Positions 38,531-48,351 of a stretch of 64,000 bases of DNA are shown here, one piece after another. The notes under the pieces are model-generated. The model searched no databases and was not told the origin of the DNA. It saw nothing but the letters and a program-made list of their open reading frames with translations. Within the stretch, counting starts at the first letter, position 1. Every line of letters starts with the position of its first letter. Origin of the DNA: Ilumatobacteraceae bacterium. Lineage in GTDB: Bacteria; Actinomycetota; Acidimicrobiia; Acidimicrobiales; Ilumatobacteraceae. The position numbers were made by a program, and so were the translations under genes. Location of the stretch: positions 8,752 through 72,751 of the forward strand of contig JBIIMF010000001.1 of NCBI GenBank assembly GCA_044338135.1, in the 5' to 3' direction.

Positions 38531-39691
38531 TTACTGAGCGCAGTCGACGCAGTAGTTGTCGGCCTCAGGCTTGCCGTTGACAAATGCGGTGAGCCAATCA
38601 ATAAATCGCACGCCGTTCATCTCTTCGGTGTACAACTCATCGCGAACTGCGATGGTGTGCTCGGCGCCAGGCGAAATCCAGTTCGCAACATTCGCGCCAG
38701 TTGCTTCAATCTTTGACTCATTCGTGCGCATGACTGAAACCAAGTTGTCGGGCGATAGCCCAGCCATTTGTGCAAACTGAGAAAGCACGGGGTCAAATGC
38801 ATAGTCGTGACGAAGAAACGTGATCTTTGGGTTGTGCTCGGCAGCTTTAATGAACGTGTACGCCGGTGTGAATTGATCAACGGTGAGGCCTTCAATTTCG
38901 GGCCAATCGGGAAGTGTTTCGAGAGTTCCCCAATTACCAACAACAAAGCCCATGGCATCTGGCACCGCACCAGAACTATCGGCAAAGACTTTGAGATCAG
39001 CGTTTGGTAACTGATCGCCGGCCATGGCAGCGAAGACCGGAGTAGGGAATGAGCCAGCGCTTGATCCGGCAACGACCAACTGTGTGGTGTCGGGAAAGCG
39101 CTTGATCATGGTGTCAAGAGCATTGGATGCATTGACGAATCCCTTGTGTTGAACGACAACTCCGTTGCCGTAGTCCTTCGTGATGTTTCCTGAATGAACA
39201 TCGCCAGTGCAATAGGGGACGTATACAACTGAATAGTCAGCAAATGGATTCTCGGGATTTTCAAAGTCAAGAATCCCAGGTGCATCAGTCAGTTGTGAAA
39301 CCGGGGCGATGTTCTCGCTGTACGTGCCACTACCGGGTTTGCACATCTCGCCACTGAAACAGGCACCGCCACCTTCGAGGTAAAACAAGACTTTGGTGGG
39401 ACTCGCCTCACGAACATAGAAATGGAACGCGCTTCCGTCGGCGCACATGCAGTCGCTGGGGGCGTCAACAGTTTCCCATGTAGTTGAGTAAACAGGTTGC
39501 TCGGTCGGATTCGGAACTGACGTATCTGCAATGGGTGCTTCGGTGGATGCAATCGTTTCAGTAGTTGGAGTTGAGGTATCGGTCGAACCCGACGACTCGT
39601 CACCACCACACGAGGCCAACGCGATTAACCCAGCAACAGCAAGTGTCGCGCCGACGCGGAAAGAAGTACTTGAAAATTGACGTGATGTCAT
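38531..39691 (-). CDS. Pectin acetylesterase-family (PAE/Notum-like) hydrolase, lipoprotein
   Basis: Lipobox LIALASC, FYLEGGGACFSGEMC and the nucleophile motif VVAGSSAGS. Confidence 0.6.
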   Translation of the reverse strand: MTSRQFSSTSFRVGATLAVAGLIALASCGGDESSGSTDTSTPTTETIASTEAPIADTSVPNPTEQPVYSTTWETVDAPSDCMCADGSAFHFYVREASPTKVLFYLEGGGACFSGEMCKPGSGTYSENIAPVSQLTDAPGILDFENPENPFADYSVVYVPYCTGDVHSGNITKDYGNGVVVQHKGFVNASNALDTMIKRFPDTTQLVVAGSSAGSFPTPVFAAMAGDQLPNADLKVFADSSGAVPDAMGFVVGNWGTLETLPDWPEIEGLTVDQFTPAYTFIKAAEHNPKITFLRHDYAFDPVLSQFAQMAGLSPDNLVSVMRTNESKIEATGANVANWISPGAEHTIAVRDELYTEEMNGVRFIDWLTAFVNGKPEADNYCVDCAQ

Positions 39692-39836
39692 TGTTTACCC
39701 CCCCTAGTAGTTGTGTCAGATTACAAAGAGCAGTTGGTGTCTGCATGGCTATTAGTCCAAAGGGAAGGGCCCTTTGAGGGAACTTCCATTCATCCTCTGG
39801 GAAAGATTCAGGCATCAATATGTCCGAGGAGGCGTT

Positions 39837-40016
39837 ATGTCAGATAGTGGATTGTGTCCAAGTTGCAATGCGTACATTGGTACTGAGTCGCGAAGATCAT
39901 GTCCGAATTGCGGGCACGATTTTGAGTCTGGGGACGGAGATGGCTCGTATTTTGATGATGAATTAGATGACGATGATCTAGACGATGACGATCGTGATGA
40001 TGACGACGATCTGTGA
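39837..40016 (+). CDS. Small zinc-ribbon protein with poly-acidic tail
   Basis: ATG at 39837 is preceded by GAGGAGG. CPSC...CPNC zinc ribbon followed by DDELDDDDLDDDDRDDDDDL (59 aa). Confidence 0.5.
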   Translation: MSDSGLCPSCNAYIGTESRRSCPNCGHDFESGDGDGSYFDDELDDDDLDDDDRDDDDDL

Positions 40017-40031
40017 GATACCGTTACATGA

Positions 40032-41309
40032 GTGTCTGAAGTTGAAGATCGAGCCCCAGGTTTCATTGATGCCTCGGTTCTTCCTCAACCGTCTGATGCC
40101 CGTATCGCCGTTCGGGTGAGTCGCCCCGGGCTTCGCGCGATTCGCTCGGGTAGTCCGTGGTTGTTTGATCAAGCTGTCGAGTCACATAAGCCATCAGGCA
40201 ATAGTGGCGATTTAGCAGTGGTTTTTGACGACAACCGACGCTTTGCCGCGATTGGTTTGTGGGATCCTGAATCGCCGATCCGAGTCAAAGTGCTTCATGT
40301 TGGTAAGCCAGTCACGATTGATGACGACTGGTGGCGAACCAAAATGCAACAGGCGCTAGATGTGCGCCGTGAGTTGTTAAGCAATGGATTGACGACAGGC
40401 TTTCGTTGGGTTCACGGAGAGAACGATGGTCTGCCCGGATTAATCGTCGACCAGTATGCGTCGACTGTGGTGATCAAGTTGTATACGGGCGCATGGTTCG
40501 TTCATTTGCGTTCAATCATGAAGGCGCTCATCGAAGTTGGCTCGGTTGAACGCGTGGTCATTCGTTTTTCACGTCTCGTGCGTGATGGCGAAACATATGG
40601 GTTGGTCGACGGCGACACTTTGTACGGTGAACCGCCATCAGGTCCGATTATGTTTTTAGAGAACGGTCTGACTCTTGAAGCTGATGTTGTTTTTGGCCAC
40701 AAGACCGGTCACTTCTTAGATCAACGCGACAACCGAGCAACTGTACGCAACTTGGCAAGTGGCCTTCGAGTGCTCGATGTGTTCTCGAGCACTGGTGGAT
40801 TCACCTTGTCGGCCGCAGCCGGTGGGGCGAAGTCTGTCCACATGGTGGATGTCAGCGCGCCCGCTCTTGCAACGGCTCATCGCAATCTTGAACACAACAA
40901 AGAGATTAGTTCAATTGCTACGTGCAAGGTAACTGATGTTCGTGGAGATGCCTTTGCAGTTCTTGAAGACATGGTTGAACGGGGCGAGCAATTCGACATT
41001 GTTATTTTGGACCCGCCGTCATTTGCTCAGAATCAAGCCTCAATTCTGCGCGCCTTGAGTTCGTACGAACGACTCGCTCGTCTTGGATTGCGGCTCACTG
41101 CACCTGGTGGAACTTTGTTGCAAGCGTCGTGCTCAAGTCGTGTCACGATTGATGAGCTTGCCGACGCCGCATATCTTGCAGCACGAACAGCCCAAGTAAA
41201 CATTGACGAATTCAAACGTACCGAACACGCGGCTGACCACCCAATTGGTTTTGAATTCGGTGCTTATTTGAAAGCGATTTATTACACGGTCACGCCGTAT
41301 CGCGACTAG
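40032..41309 (+). CDS. Class I SAM-dependent rRNA methyltransferase (RlmI/RlmK-like, PUA-like N-terminus)
   Basis: GLIVDQY, SAM motif VLDVFSSTGGFTLSAA and catalytic-region motif DIVILDPPSFA. Confidence 0.8.
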   Translation: MSEVEDRAPGFIDASVLPQPSDARIAVRVSRPGLRAIRSGSPWLFDQAVESHKPSGNSGDLAVVFDDNRRFAAIGLWDPESPIRVKVLHVGKPVTIDDDWWRTKMQQALDVRRELLSNGLTTGFRWVHGENDGLPGLIVDQYASTVVIKLYTGAWFVHLRSIMKALIEVGSVERVVIRFSRLVRDGETYGLVDGDTLYGEPPSGPIMFLENGLTLEADVVFGHKTGHFLDQRDNRATVRNLASGLRVLDVFSSTGGFTLSAAAGGAKSVHMVDVSAPALATAHRNLEHNKEISSIATCKVTDVRGDAFAVLEDMVERGEQFDIVILDPPSFAQNQASILRALSSYERLARLGLRLTAPGGTLLQASCSSRVTIDELADAAYLAARTAQVNIDEFKRTEHAADHPIGFEFGAYLKAIYYTVTPYRD

Positions 41310-42451
41310 CCGTTGACTTTAAGGAACTTGCTGAACTTCTTGCGCGGCTTGTTGTCGGCAGCAATCATGCGGGCCATGTCGTGGAAGATTTTTCCGGCTT
41401 CGCTTTCGGGAGCAATGGCCGCGATCGGATGACCATCGTCGCCACCTTCACGTAATTGCTGGATGAGTGGCAACTGTCCAAGCAATGGCACATTCAATTC
41501 GGTTGCGAGTTCTTGACCGCCGCCACTGCCAAACAATTCGTACTTCTTGCCATCATCGCCAGTGAACCACGACATGTTTTCGATGACTCCCTTGACCGGC
41601 AACCCAACTTTGGTTGCCATTGCCGCTGACAAGCGTGCGACTTTTTGTGCAGCTTGCTGTGGTGTCGTGACGACATACACCTCGCCCTTGGGCAAGTACT
41701 GGCTGAGGCTCAATGCAATATCGCCAGTGCCCGGCGGCATGTCGATCAGCAAGAAGTCGGGTTCATCCCAAAAGACATCAGTCAAGAATTGTTCGAGAGC
41801 CTTGTGCAACATTGGTCCGCGCCAGACAACTGCTTGCCCTTCGGGAACGAAGTAACCAATTGAAATGCAACGAACTCCGTATGCCTCTGACGGCAACAGC
41901 ATGCGGTCGATTGCAACCGGATCGGCGTTCGCGCCAAGCATGCGCGGGATGGAGTAGCCGTAAATATCGGCGTCAAGTACGCCGACAGTGTGACCTTGTG
42001 CGGCTAGAGCAACTGCGAGGTTGGTGGTGACGCTGCTTTTGCCGACGCCACCCTTGCCCGATGAAATCAAAAGTGGACGCGTCTTGTTATCGGGATTGGC
42101 AAATGGAATCGCCCGACCTTCGGCGTGTCCATGGGCCTGACCTTGACCAGCAGTAGAACCTGGATCGCCGTGCAACTTCATGCGCAACTCTTCACGTTCT
42201 TGATCGGTCATGACGGTGAAATCAAGATTGACGTTGTCGACTCCGGCGAGAGGTGCGACGGCACCTTTGACGCGGTTGGTGATCTCGTTGCGCAATGGGC
42301 AACCAGCAATCGTGAGAGCAATCAGAATCGAGATGTTTCCGCCATCAATCTGCACATCACGCACCATGTCGAGGTCGACAATCGAGCGATGTAGCTCGGG
42401 GTCTTCGACAGGGCGAAGGGCTTCAACGACTTGTTCACGGGTCACAGACAC
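41306..42451 (-). CDS. mrp: Mrp/NBP35 family Fe-S cluster carrier ATPase (ApbC) with N-terminal DUF59/MIP18 domain
   Basis: DUF59 (VEDPELHRSIVDLDMV, CPL), deviant Walker A SGKGGVGKSS and CxxC-like region typical of Mrp. Confidence 0.9.
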   Translation of the reverse strand: MSVTREQVVEALRPVEDPELHRSIVDLDMVRDVQIDGGNISILIALTIAGCPLRNEITNRVKGAVAPLAGVDNVNLDFTVMTDQEREELRMKLHGDPGSTAGQGQAHGHAEGRAIPFANPDNKTRPLLISSGKGGVGKSSVTTNLAVALAAQGHTVGVLDADIYGYSIPRMLGANADPVAIDRMLLPSEAYGVRCISIGYFVPEGQAVVWRGPMLHKALEQFLTDVFWDEPDFLLIDMPPGTGDIALSLSQYLPKGEVYVVTTPQQAAQKVARLSAAMATKVGLPVKGVIENMSWFTGDDGKKYELFGSGGGQELATELNVPLLGQLPLIQQLREGGDDGHPIAAIAPESEAGKIFHDMARMIAADNKPRKKFSKFLKVNG

Positions 42452-42487
42452 GGGTGGGGGCTCCCTACTTCAGAATTTGCACGATCA

Positions 42488-43285
42488 ATGTGCACGACTA
42501 ATTTGCACTATGCAGATAGGTATAATACCCATGTGCCATCTGTTCGCCCTCCTCAGACATCAGGTCACGGGTCACCGTCAACAGCGACCGGTGGATTTGC
42601 GGCGTCAGTAACGGCCATCACCAACGCTTTTGGCGATCCGACCCGACGAGCCATCTATTTGTTCGTCCGAGGTGTTGACGAGGGTGTCACGGCTGCTGAA
42701 GTGGCCTCTGAGTTCGACCTACACCCCAACGTCGCACGACATCATCTCGACAAGTTGGCGGCCGGAAGTTATGTCGATGTTGCAGTCGTACGCCCCCCAG
42801 GTGGCGGAGCCGGTCGGCCCTCGAAGCGCTATTCGGCAGCTGCCGAATTGCCGATGAGCGAGTTCCCGGTTCGAAGTGACGATCTAGTGCTCAGTTTGTT
42901 GGGGAAAACCCTGGCACTTCTGCCGACCGATCAGGCCGAAATCATCGCCGAACAAGTTGGCCAAGAATATGGCCGAGCTATGGCGGCAGCATTAACTGGC
43001 ACCGACCTTGAGGCGGGTCAGCGCAGTCTTCGCTCGGCTATGCAGGCCGTGGCCGACGCGCTGACAGCGCACGGATTCGCTGCGCATACCGAAAAGCGCA
43101 ATAACAAGTTGCAAATCATCAATAATCATTGTCCTTTTGGCGATGTAGCTATTGAACATCCGGTGATTTGTGCTGTCGACCGCGGCATGGTGAAGGGGAT
43201 GTTGAGCACGCTGTACGGCGATGCCGACGTGTCAACTATGGAGTCGCTGGCACAAGGCAATACTTTTTGCGCCACTGCCGTCTGA
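42488..43285 (+). CDS. Winged-helix (ArsR-like) transcriptional regulator with C-terminal Cys cluster
   Basis: FGDPTRRAIYLFV...VTAAEVASEFDLHPNVARHHLDKL wHTH. C-terminal C-x12-C-x32-C. The start is uncertain (42431, 42488 or 42533). Confidence 0.6.
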   Translation: MCTTNLHYADRYNTHVPSVRPPQTSGHGSPSTATGGFAASVTAITNAFGDPTRRAIYLFVRGVDEGVTAAEVASEFDLHPNVARHHLDKLAAGSYVDVAVVRPPGGGAGRPSKRYSAAAELPMSEFPVRSDDLVLSLLGKTLALLPTDQAEIIAEQVGQEYGRAMAAALTGTDLEAGQRSLRSAMQAVADALTAHGFAAHTEKRNNKLQIINNHCPFGDVAIEHPVICAVDRGMVKGMLSTLYGDADVSTMESLAQGNTFCATAV

Positions 43286-43369
43286 GTTCGAACCCGTTGG
43301 GGCTGTAGCGTCTCATCTACGTAGTTGGCAGGAGACCTCCGTCAACTTCGCTTTAACAGGAGGCATATC

Positions 43370-43600
43370 GTGGACATTCGAATCGGCGTTACTCAAGCAG
43401 CTCGAGAGATTTCGTTGGAGCAGGCCGATGAAGAGCGCGATGCCACGAAAGCCAAGGTCGAAGCCGCCTTGTCAGGAGCAGTTGATGTGTTGTGGCTGGT
43501 TGACAAAAAAGGACGCACAGTCGGCGTACCCGCAGCCAAAATTGCATACGTCGAAATTGGTTCAGTTGAAGGAGACCGCCGCATCGGCTTTGGCGGATGA
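43370..43600 (+). CDS. DUF3107 domain-containing protein
   Basis: GTG at 43370 lies 7 nt after AGGAGG. VDIRIGVTQAAREISLE...LWLVDKKGRTVGVPAAKIAYVEIG matches the DUF3107 pattern. Confidence 0.7.
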   Translation: MDIRIGVTQAAREISLEQADEERDATKAKVEAALSGAVDVLWLVDKKGRTVGVPAAKIAYVEIGSVEGDRRIGFGG

Positions 43601-43668
43601 GGCACTTCTCAGTTTGCAATCGTCGGGGATGACTCGGCACAGGTCGATTTTCGGGCAGACTCGTAGTT

Positions 43669-45150
43669 ATGGCAACACTTGCCGAACTACTTCGCCAACA
43701 CACTGAACTTTCCAAAGACGACAGCGCTCATTTACAGCAGCTGATCGGTGAATGGGGCATGCTCGCCGACCTGTGTTTCGCCGACATGATCTTGTATTTG
43801 CGCAATCTTGAGGGTGAATGGGTCGTTGGTGCGCAGGTGAGGCCTGCAACGGGGCAAACCATCTATCGAACAGACCTCGTTGAGTCTTTGGCTAATCCAG
43901 CCGAGTCTGAACTACTGAATCAAGCTATGTCGACTGGGACCATCAGCGAAGGCGAACTGCATAAGCACGAAATGTTTGATTCGGTGCATGTCTTGGCGAT
44001 TCCGGTGCGCGGTGCTGATGGGGCCATTGCCGTCTTGACCCGTGAGTGGTCGTCAAAGACCAGTCGTCAACCGGGCGAACTTGAACGTACGTATCTGTCA
44101 ATCTTTCAGCGCATTGCCGAGATGATCACCGAAGGTGCATTCCCGTTCCCAGGTCGCGCGGCCGACCTGAGCGCTGCTCCTCGAGTGGGCGACGGTGCCG
44201 TTGTACTTGATGAGAATGCCATCATTCGTTATGCATCACCGAACGCAGTATCGGCGCTTCACCGAGTTGGAATTACCGCCAATGTTGTTGGCCAATCGTT
44301 AAGTGAACTTGGTTTTGCCGATAGTCCGGTGCGCCAGGCTTTTGAGCGCTTTGAACCAGTGATTGAAGAATTTGATCAAACAGCTGATGTGACACTGCTT
44401 GTTCGTTGTATCCCGATCATTTCAACCGAAGTGATTACCGGTGGAATGTTGTTAATTCGCGACGTCACCGAAGTGCGCCGTCGCGACCGAATGTTGTTAT
44501 CAAAAGATGCAACGATTCGCGAGATTCACCACCGAGTGAAAAACAATCTGCAAACAATTTCGTCACTATTGCGTTTGCAGGCTCGACGACTTGAGTCACC
44601 AGAAGCAAAAGCTGCGGTGCAAGAAAGCGTACGACGCATTCGTACCATCGCATTGGTGCATGAAACTCTCTCGCGCGAAACGGGTGAAGATGTGGCGTTC
44701 ATTGAAATTGTGCGACCACTCATGCGGTTGGCTGAAGAGGGTTTGCAGTCGCCAGATCGACCGGTGCGATTCATCGTGCAGGGTGACGGCGGCCGTTTGC
44801 CAGCAACAATCGCCACACCGCTTTCTGTCGTGCTCACCGAACTGCTACAAAATGCCGTCGATCATGGTTTCCCTGAGGGCAGCGATGGTGGAACTGTTGT
44901 TGTTGAGTTGGGTGGCGACGATGACGAAATTGAAATCAAGGTCATCAACGATGGCCGAGGACTCGATCCGGCATTTGATCTCAATGGTGCGACCGGGCTG
45001 GGGTTGTCAATCGTGCGAACACTTGTGACGACCGAACTGAACGGTTCAATTTCAATTCGTGCGGGTGCGCCAGAGGATTTTGTCGCTGTCGGAATTGAAG
45101 CCCATCGTCGTGGCGATGGAACCGTGGTTGATCTGCGCTTACCGCGCTAG
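43669..45150 (+). CDS. pdtaS: Sensor histidine kinase, PdtaS-like (GAF-PAS-HisKA_2-HATPase)
   Basis: H-box EIHHRVKNNLQTISSLLRLQ and ATPase motifs (ELLQNAVDHG, DDGRG, GLGLSIV). Adjacent to whiB, as I recall for mycobacterial pdtaS-whiB1. Confidence 0.8.
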   Translation: MATLAELLRQHTELSKDDSAHLQQLIGEWGMLADLCFADMILYLRNLEGEWVVGAQVRPATGQTIYRTDLVESLANPAESELLNQAMSTGTISEGELHKHEMFDSVHVLAIPVRGADGAIAVLTREWSSKTSRQPGELERTYLSIFQRIAEMITEGAFPFPGRAADLSAAPRVGDGAVVLDENAIIRYASPNAVSALHRVGITANVVGQSLSELGFADSPVRQAFERFEPVIEEFDQTADVTLLVRCIPIISTEVITGGMLLIRDVTEVRRRDRMLLSKDATIREIHHRVKNNLQTISSLLRLQARRLESPEAKAAVQESVRRIRTIALVHETLSRETGEDVAFIEIVRPLMRLAEEGLQSPDRPVRFIVQGDGGRLPATIATPLSVVLTELLQNAVDHGFPEGSDGGTVVVELGGDDDEIEIKVINDGRGLDPAFDLNGATGLGLSIVRTLVTTELNGSISIRAGAPEDFVAVGIEAHRRGDGTVVDLRLPR

Positions 45151-45159
45151 TTCAAAAGT

Positions 45160-45477
45160 TCAGGAAGCAAACGAACGAGCTGCTAATTGAGCGGCGCGGT
45201 TTCGGGCAGCAATCTTGCGACGGATGTCGCGACGCTCTTCTTCTGAAGTTCCGCCCCAGACACCAGAGTCTTGGTTGGTCTCGAGTGCGAACTCAAGACA
45301 GCTCACTTGAACTGTGCATTCGTTACAAACTTGCTTAGCACGATCAATTTGAAGAAGTGCTTGGCCGGTCGTGCCGATTGGGAAAAACAAATCGGGATCG
45401 GTGTCACGGCAGACAGCTTCGTCGCGCCATGAATAATCGGCGGAACCAAGGGCAAGTGAAGAGGCAAGGATTGACAC
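45160..45477 (-). CDS. whiB: WhiB family transcriptional regulator (WhiB1-like)
   Basis: Four Cys (C-x22-C-x2-C-x5-C), GVWGGTSEEERR turn and a basic tail. GTG at 45477 lies 8 nt after GGAG. Confidence 0.9.
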   Translation of the reverse strand: MSILASSLALGSADYSWRDEAVCRDTDPDLFFPIGTTGQALLQIDRAKQVCNECTVQVSCLEFALETNQDSGVWGGTSEEERRDIRRKIAARNRAAQLAARSFAS

Positions 45478-45685
45478 GGTGTGCTCCAGGCGAGTTAGGG
45501 GGTTGAGGGGTTGATTACTGAACACGAACTTTGGTTGTCCGAATTAACTGACTGTTCAAGGTTGGCAAACAACTGGTGAACACGCAAGGGGTCAGCCCAA
45601 AGTTTTTCGTCACAGGACAGATTTTTTCTTTGTATAAAGAAAAATAAATGTGCTTGTTGGTGTGTATTCAGAGTTAACTCAAGGT

Positions 45686-46393
45686 ATGGGAATTCAGGTA
45701 CTGGCTCATCGTGGTGCTTCGGCAGCCGAAAAGGAAAATACAATTTCCGCCTTTAAACGGGCAGTTTCAATGGGTTCTGACGCGGCCGAACTTGATGTTC
45801 GCCGAACTCTCGATGATGTTTTAGTGGTGCATCACAATGCGACACTTGATGACGGGCGAATCATTTCGCAAGTGAATTATTCGGAATTACCTAACGATGT
45901 ATGCACCCTTGATGAGGCACTTGACGCTTGTGTCCCGATGTGGGTCAATGTCGAAATCAAAAATGATCCAGATGAACCAGACTTTGATGAGAGCGAATCA
46001 ATTGCCGATGAGACGATTGCATGTTTATCTCGGCGTCCCGAAGGCGACAAACGTTGGCTGATTTCTTCGTTCCGCCGCGAGACGATTGATCGTTGTCAGC
46101 AGCTTCGTCCTTCAATTGCGACAGCATGGCTAACTGTTGGTGTTCGTCCTGAAGAATTTGATGTGGTGTTGCCCGGTTTAGTTAAGAGTGGCCACAGTGC
46201 GGTGCATCCTTGGGTCACCTTTGTGACTCAAGAATCAATCGAGGCCTGTCATCAACACGGGCTGGCAGTCAACACCTGGACGTGCGACGATCCGTCCCGT
46301 ATGGCCGAACTCATTTCGTGGGGTATCGACGGAATCTGCACCAATGTTCCCGATGTTGCCTTACAAGTACGAGATCAGGCCTCGCCTAGTTGA
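45686..46393 (+). CDS. Glycerophosphodiester phosphodiesterase
   Basis: HRGAS..ENT..AF, ELDV and VHHN motifs. Start alternatives are 45650 (GTG) and 45686 (ATG). Confidence 0.85.
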   Translation: MGIQVLAHRGASAAEKENTISAFKRAVSMGSDAAELDVRRTLDDVLVVHHNATLDDGRIISQVNYSELPNDVCTLDEALDACVPMWVNVEIKNDPDEPDFDESESIADETIACLSRRPEGDKRWLISSFRRETIDRCQQLRPSIATAWLTVGVRPEEFDVVLPGLVKSGHSAVHPWVTFVTQESIEACHQHGLAVNTWTCDDPSRMAELISWGIDGICTNVPDVALQVRDQASPS

Positions 46394-47406
46394 CCAGGGG
46401 GTTGAACTGGGAACAATAATTTGACTGCTTCGGGTACATGCCTGAAATGTAAACGCGTTGATTCGCCCAAGTAATCGCCATCAACTTGATAGGGGAATGG
46501 TTGCGCGTTCTCAACAATGAGTTCATGGACGTCGTTGAAGCATGCGACGTGTTTGCTTGGTGTGACGCCTCCGCCTTTGAGCGCACCTGCGAGAGTGCGA
46601 ATAATTGCGACTGCCGACATCGTGCGGAACGTGACTGCAACAAGTGGTTTGTCAAGACCCGCAGCAGGAGACAAATCGAGTGGGCGGTTTCCTAAGAATG
46701 AATACGGATTGGTATTCAGAACAATGGTGAAATATCCATCGTCAACAAATCGTGATGGGTCGTAATTGAGATTTTCAAAACTCGAAAGTCCACCCGGACC
46801 ACCAATGGCCGAATCAGCGGCAACGCTGAAGTGAGGATGGTGGCGATCGTATTTATTCAGCCATGTGTGAAGGGCCGCATAAATGAAAAGTGGATGGCCC
46901 GCCCAACGCTTGAGCGAGGCACGAGTTTCAACTGTGCGCACGACCGCGGCGTCGTAACCGATACCGGTGTGGAAACAAAAGAAGCGACCGTTGACGCGAC
47001 CAAGCCCGATGGGCCGGATATTCGCATCGGGATTTTCGAGGCCTGCGACCAAAAGTGACGATGCAGCAACGGGGTCGTTGGGCAGTCCGATTGTGCGGGC
47101 AAAGACATTGGTGCTTCCACCCGGCAAAACGCCAAGAGCCGTATCTGAGCCAGCGACTCCGGTCGCGACCTCATTGAGGGTTCCGTCTCCGCCAAACGAA
47201 ATCACAAGATCGATGCCTCGGTGGGCAGCATCTTGAGCAAATCGGGTGGCGTGCCCGCGGCGGTTGGTCTCGACAATCTGGACGTCGTGTTGCCGGGACA
47301 AAGCCCGATGCACGATGACCGTATTGCGCGCCGTGACCGACGAGGCAAAGGAGTTGACGACCAGCAGAATCCGCACCGTCTGAGACGGTACCAGCCCATT
47401 TGGCAA
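46375..47406 (-). CDS. Diacylglycerol/lipid kinase family protein (DAGK catalytic domain)
   Basis: GGDGTLNEV and LGVLPGGSTNVFAR motifs. Confidence 0.8.
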   Translation of the reverse strand: MPNGLVPSQTVRILLVVNSFASSVTARNTVIVHRALSRQHDVQIVETNRRGHATRFAQDAAHRGIDLVISFGGDGTLNEVATGVAGSDTALGVLPGGSTNVFARTIGLPNDPVAASSLLVAGLENPDANIRPIGLGRVNGRFFCFHTGIGYDAAVVRTVETRASLKRWAGHPLFIYAALHTWLNKYDRHHPHFSVAADSAIGGPGGLSSFENLNYDPSRFVDDGYFTIVLNTNPYSFLGNRPLDLSPAAGLDKPLVAVTFRTMSAVAIIRTLAGALKGGGVTPSKHVACFNDVHELIVENAQPFPYQVDGDYLGESTRLHFRHVPEAVKLLFPVQPPGQLGEA

Positions 47407-47505
47407 GGAACTGAGACGATGCCCCGTCAGGTAGGTCGGGAGTCACTTATTTAGATGTCCGATGGGTTGTGTGAAACGGCGCACAAGCCGCAAGAATGAC
47501 GAACT

Positions 47506-48282
47506 ATGAACGTAATCGTCTGTGTGAAACAGATCCCCGACCCCGCCAACCCCGGAGCCCTTGACGCCACGTCAAACACGCTCAAGCGCGAAGGCAAATT
47601 GATCCTTGACGAATCCGACAGCTATGGCGTTGAAATGGCCTTGCAGTTGGTCGACGCAGCAGGCGGCGGTGAAGTCAGCTTGGTGTCGATGGCACCTAAT
47701 AGTGAGACCGCCGGACTTCGTACTGCGCTAGCGATGGGTGCTGCAAAAGCAGTGCTCGTTTCTGATCCGGCATTGCAGGGTTCGGACGCACTCACGACGG
47801 CAAAGATTTTGGCCGCAGCAATTCAGCGTTTGGGTGGAGCCGATTTGATTATCGCCGCAACCGAATCAAGCGATGGCTACACCGGTACTGTTCCTGAGCA
47901 GATCGCCGAAGTACTCGGATTGCCATCAGTGACATTTGCGAAAAAAGTTTCGATCGAAGGCGGAGTCTTGAAGGCCGATCGTCAGACCGAAGAAGGTTAT
48001 GACGAAGTGACCTGTCCATTGCCAGCACTCATCTCGGTGACTGCAGGTGTTGTCGAGCCCCGTTACCCAAGCTTCAAGGGCATCATGGCTGCAAAGTCAA
48101 AGCCCGTTGATGAAGTTACTGCTGCCGATCTTGGCGTGACTCCAGTCGGCTGGGCTGGTGCGGGCCAGCAGATCAGCAGCGTGACGCAAGCTGAAGCACG
48201 TGCCGCTGGTGAAGTCATCGAAGATGACGGCGAAACATTCGGCAAGATCGTGACCTTCCTTGAAGGCCTCAAGGTCATCTGA
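47506..48282 (+). CDS. etfB: Electron transfer flavoprotein subunit beta
   Basis: MNVIVCVKQIPD start and typical length and motifs. Followed by etfA. Confidence 0.9.
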   Translation: MNVIVCVKQIPDPANPGALDATSNTLKREGKLILDESDSYGVEMALQLVDAAGGGEVSLVSMAPNSETAGLRTALAMGAAKAVLVSDPALQGSDALTTAKILAAAIQRLGGADLIIAATESSDGYTGTVPEQIAEVLGLPSVTFAKKVSIEGGVLKADRQTEEGYDEVTCPLPALISVTAGVVEPRYPSFKGIMAAKSKPVDEVTAADLGVTPVGWAGAGQQISSVTQAEARAAGEVIEDDGETFGKIVTFLEGLKVI

Positions 48283-48351
48283 GTAGCGCATTCGCTTTCA
48301 CAGATCACTCACAACTAACAAACGACGAAAAGAACGAGAACGGACAGAACA

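Noticed and set aside
45623-45644. Inverted repeat TTTTTCTTT-gtat-AAAGAAAAA between whiB and the phosphodiesterase gene
   Set aside because: The stem is almost entirely A/T and of low complexity, so it would be thermodynamically weak. It could be an UP-element-like tract, but I cannot support a specific function.
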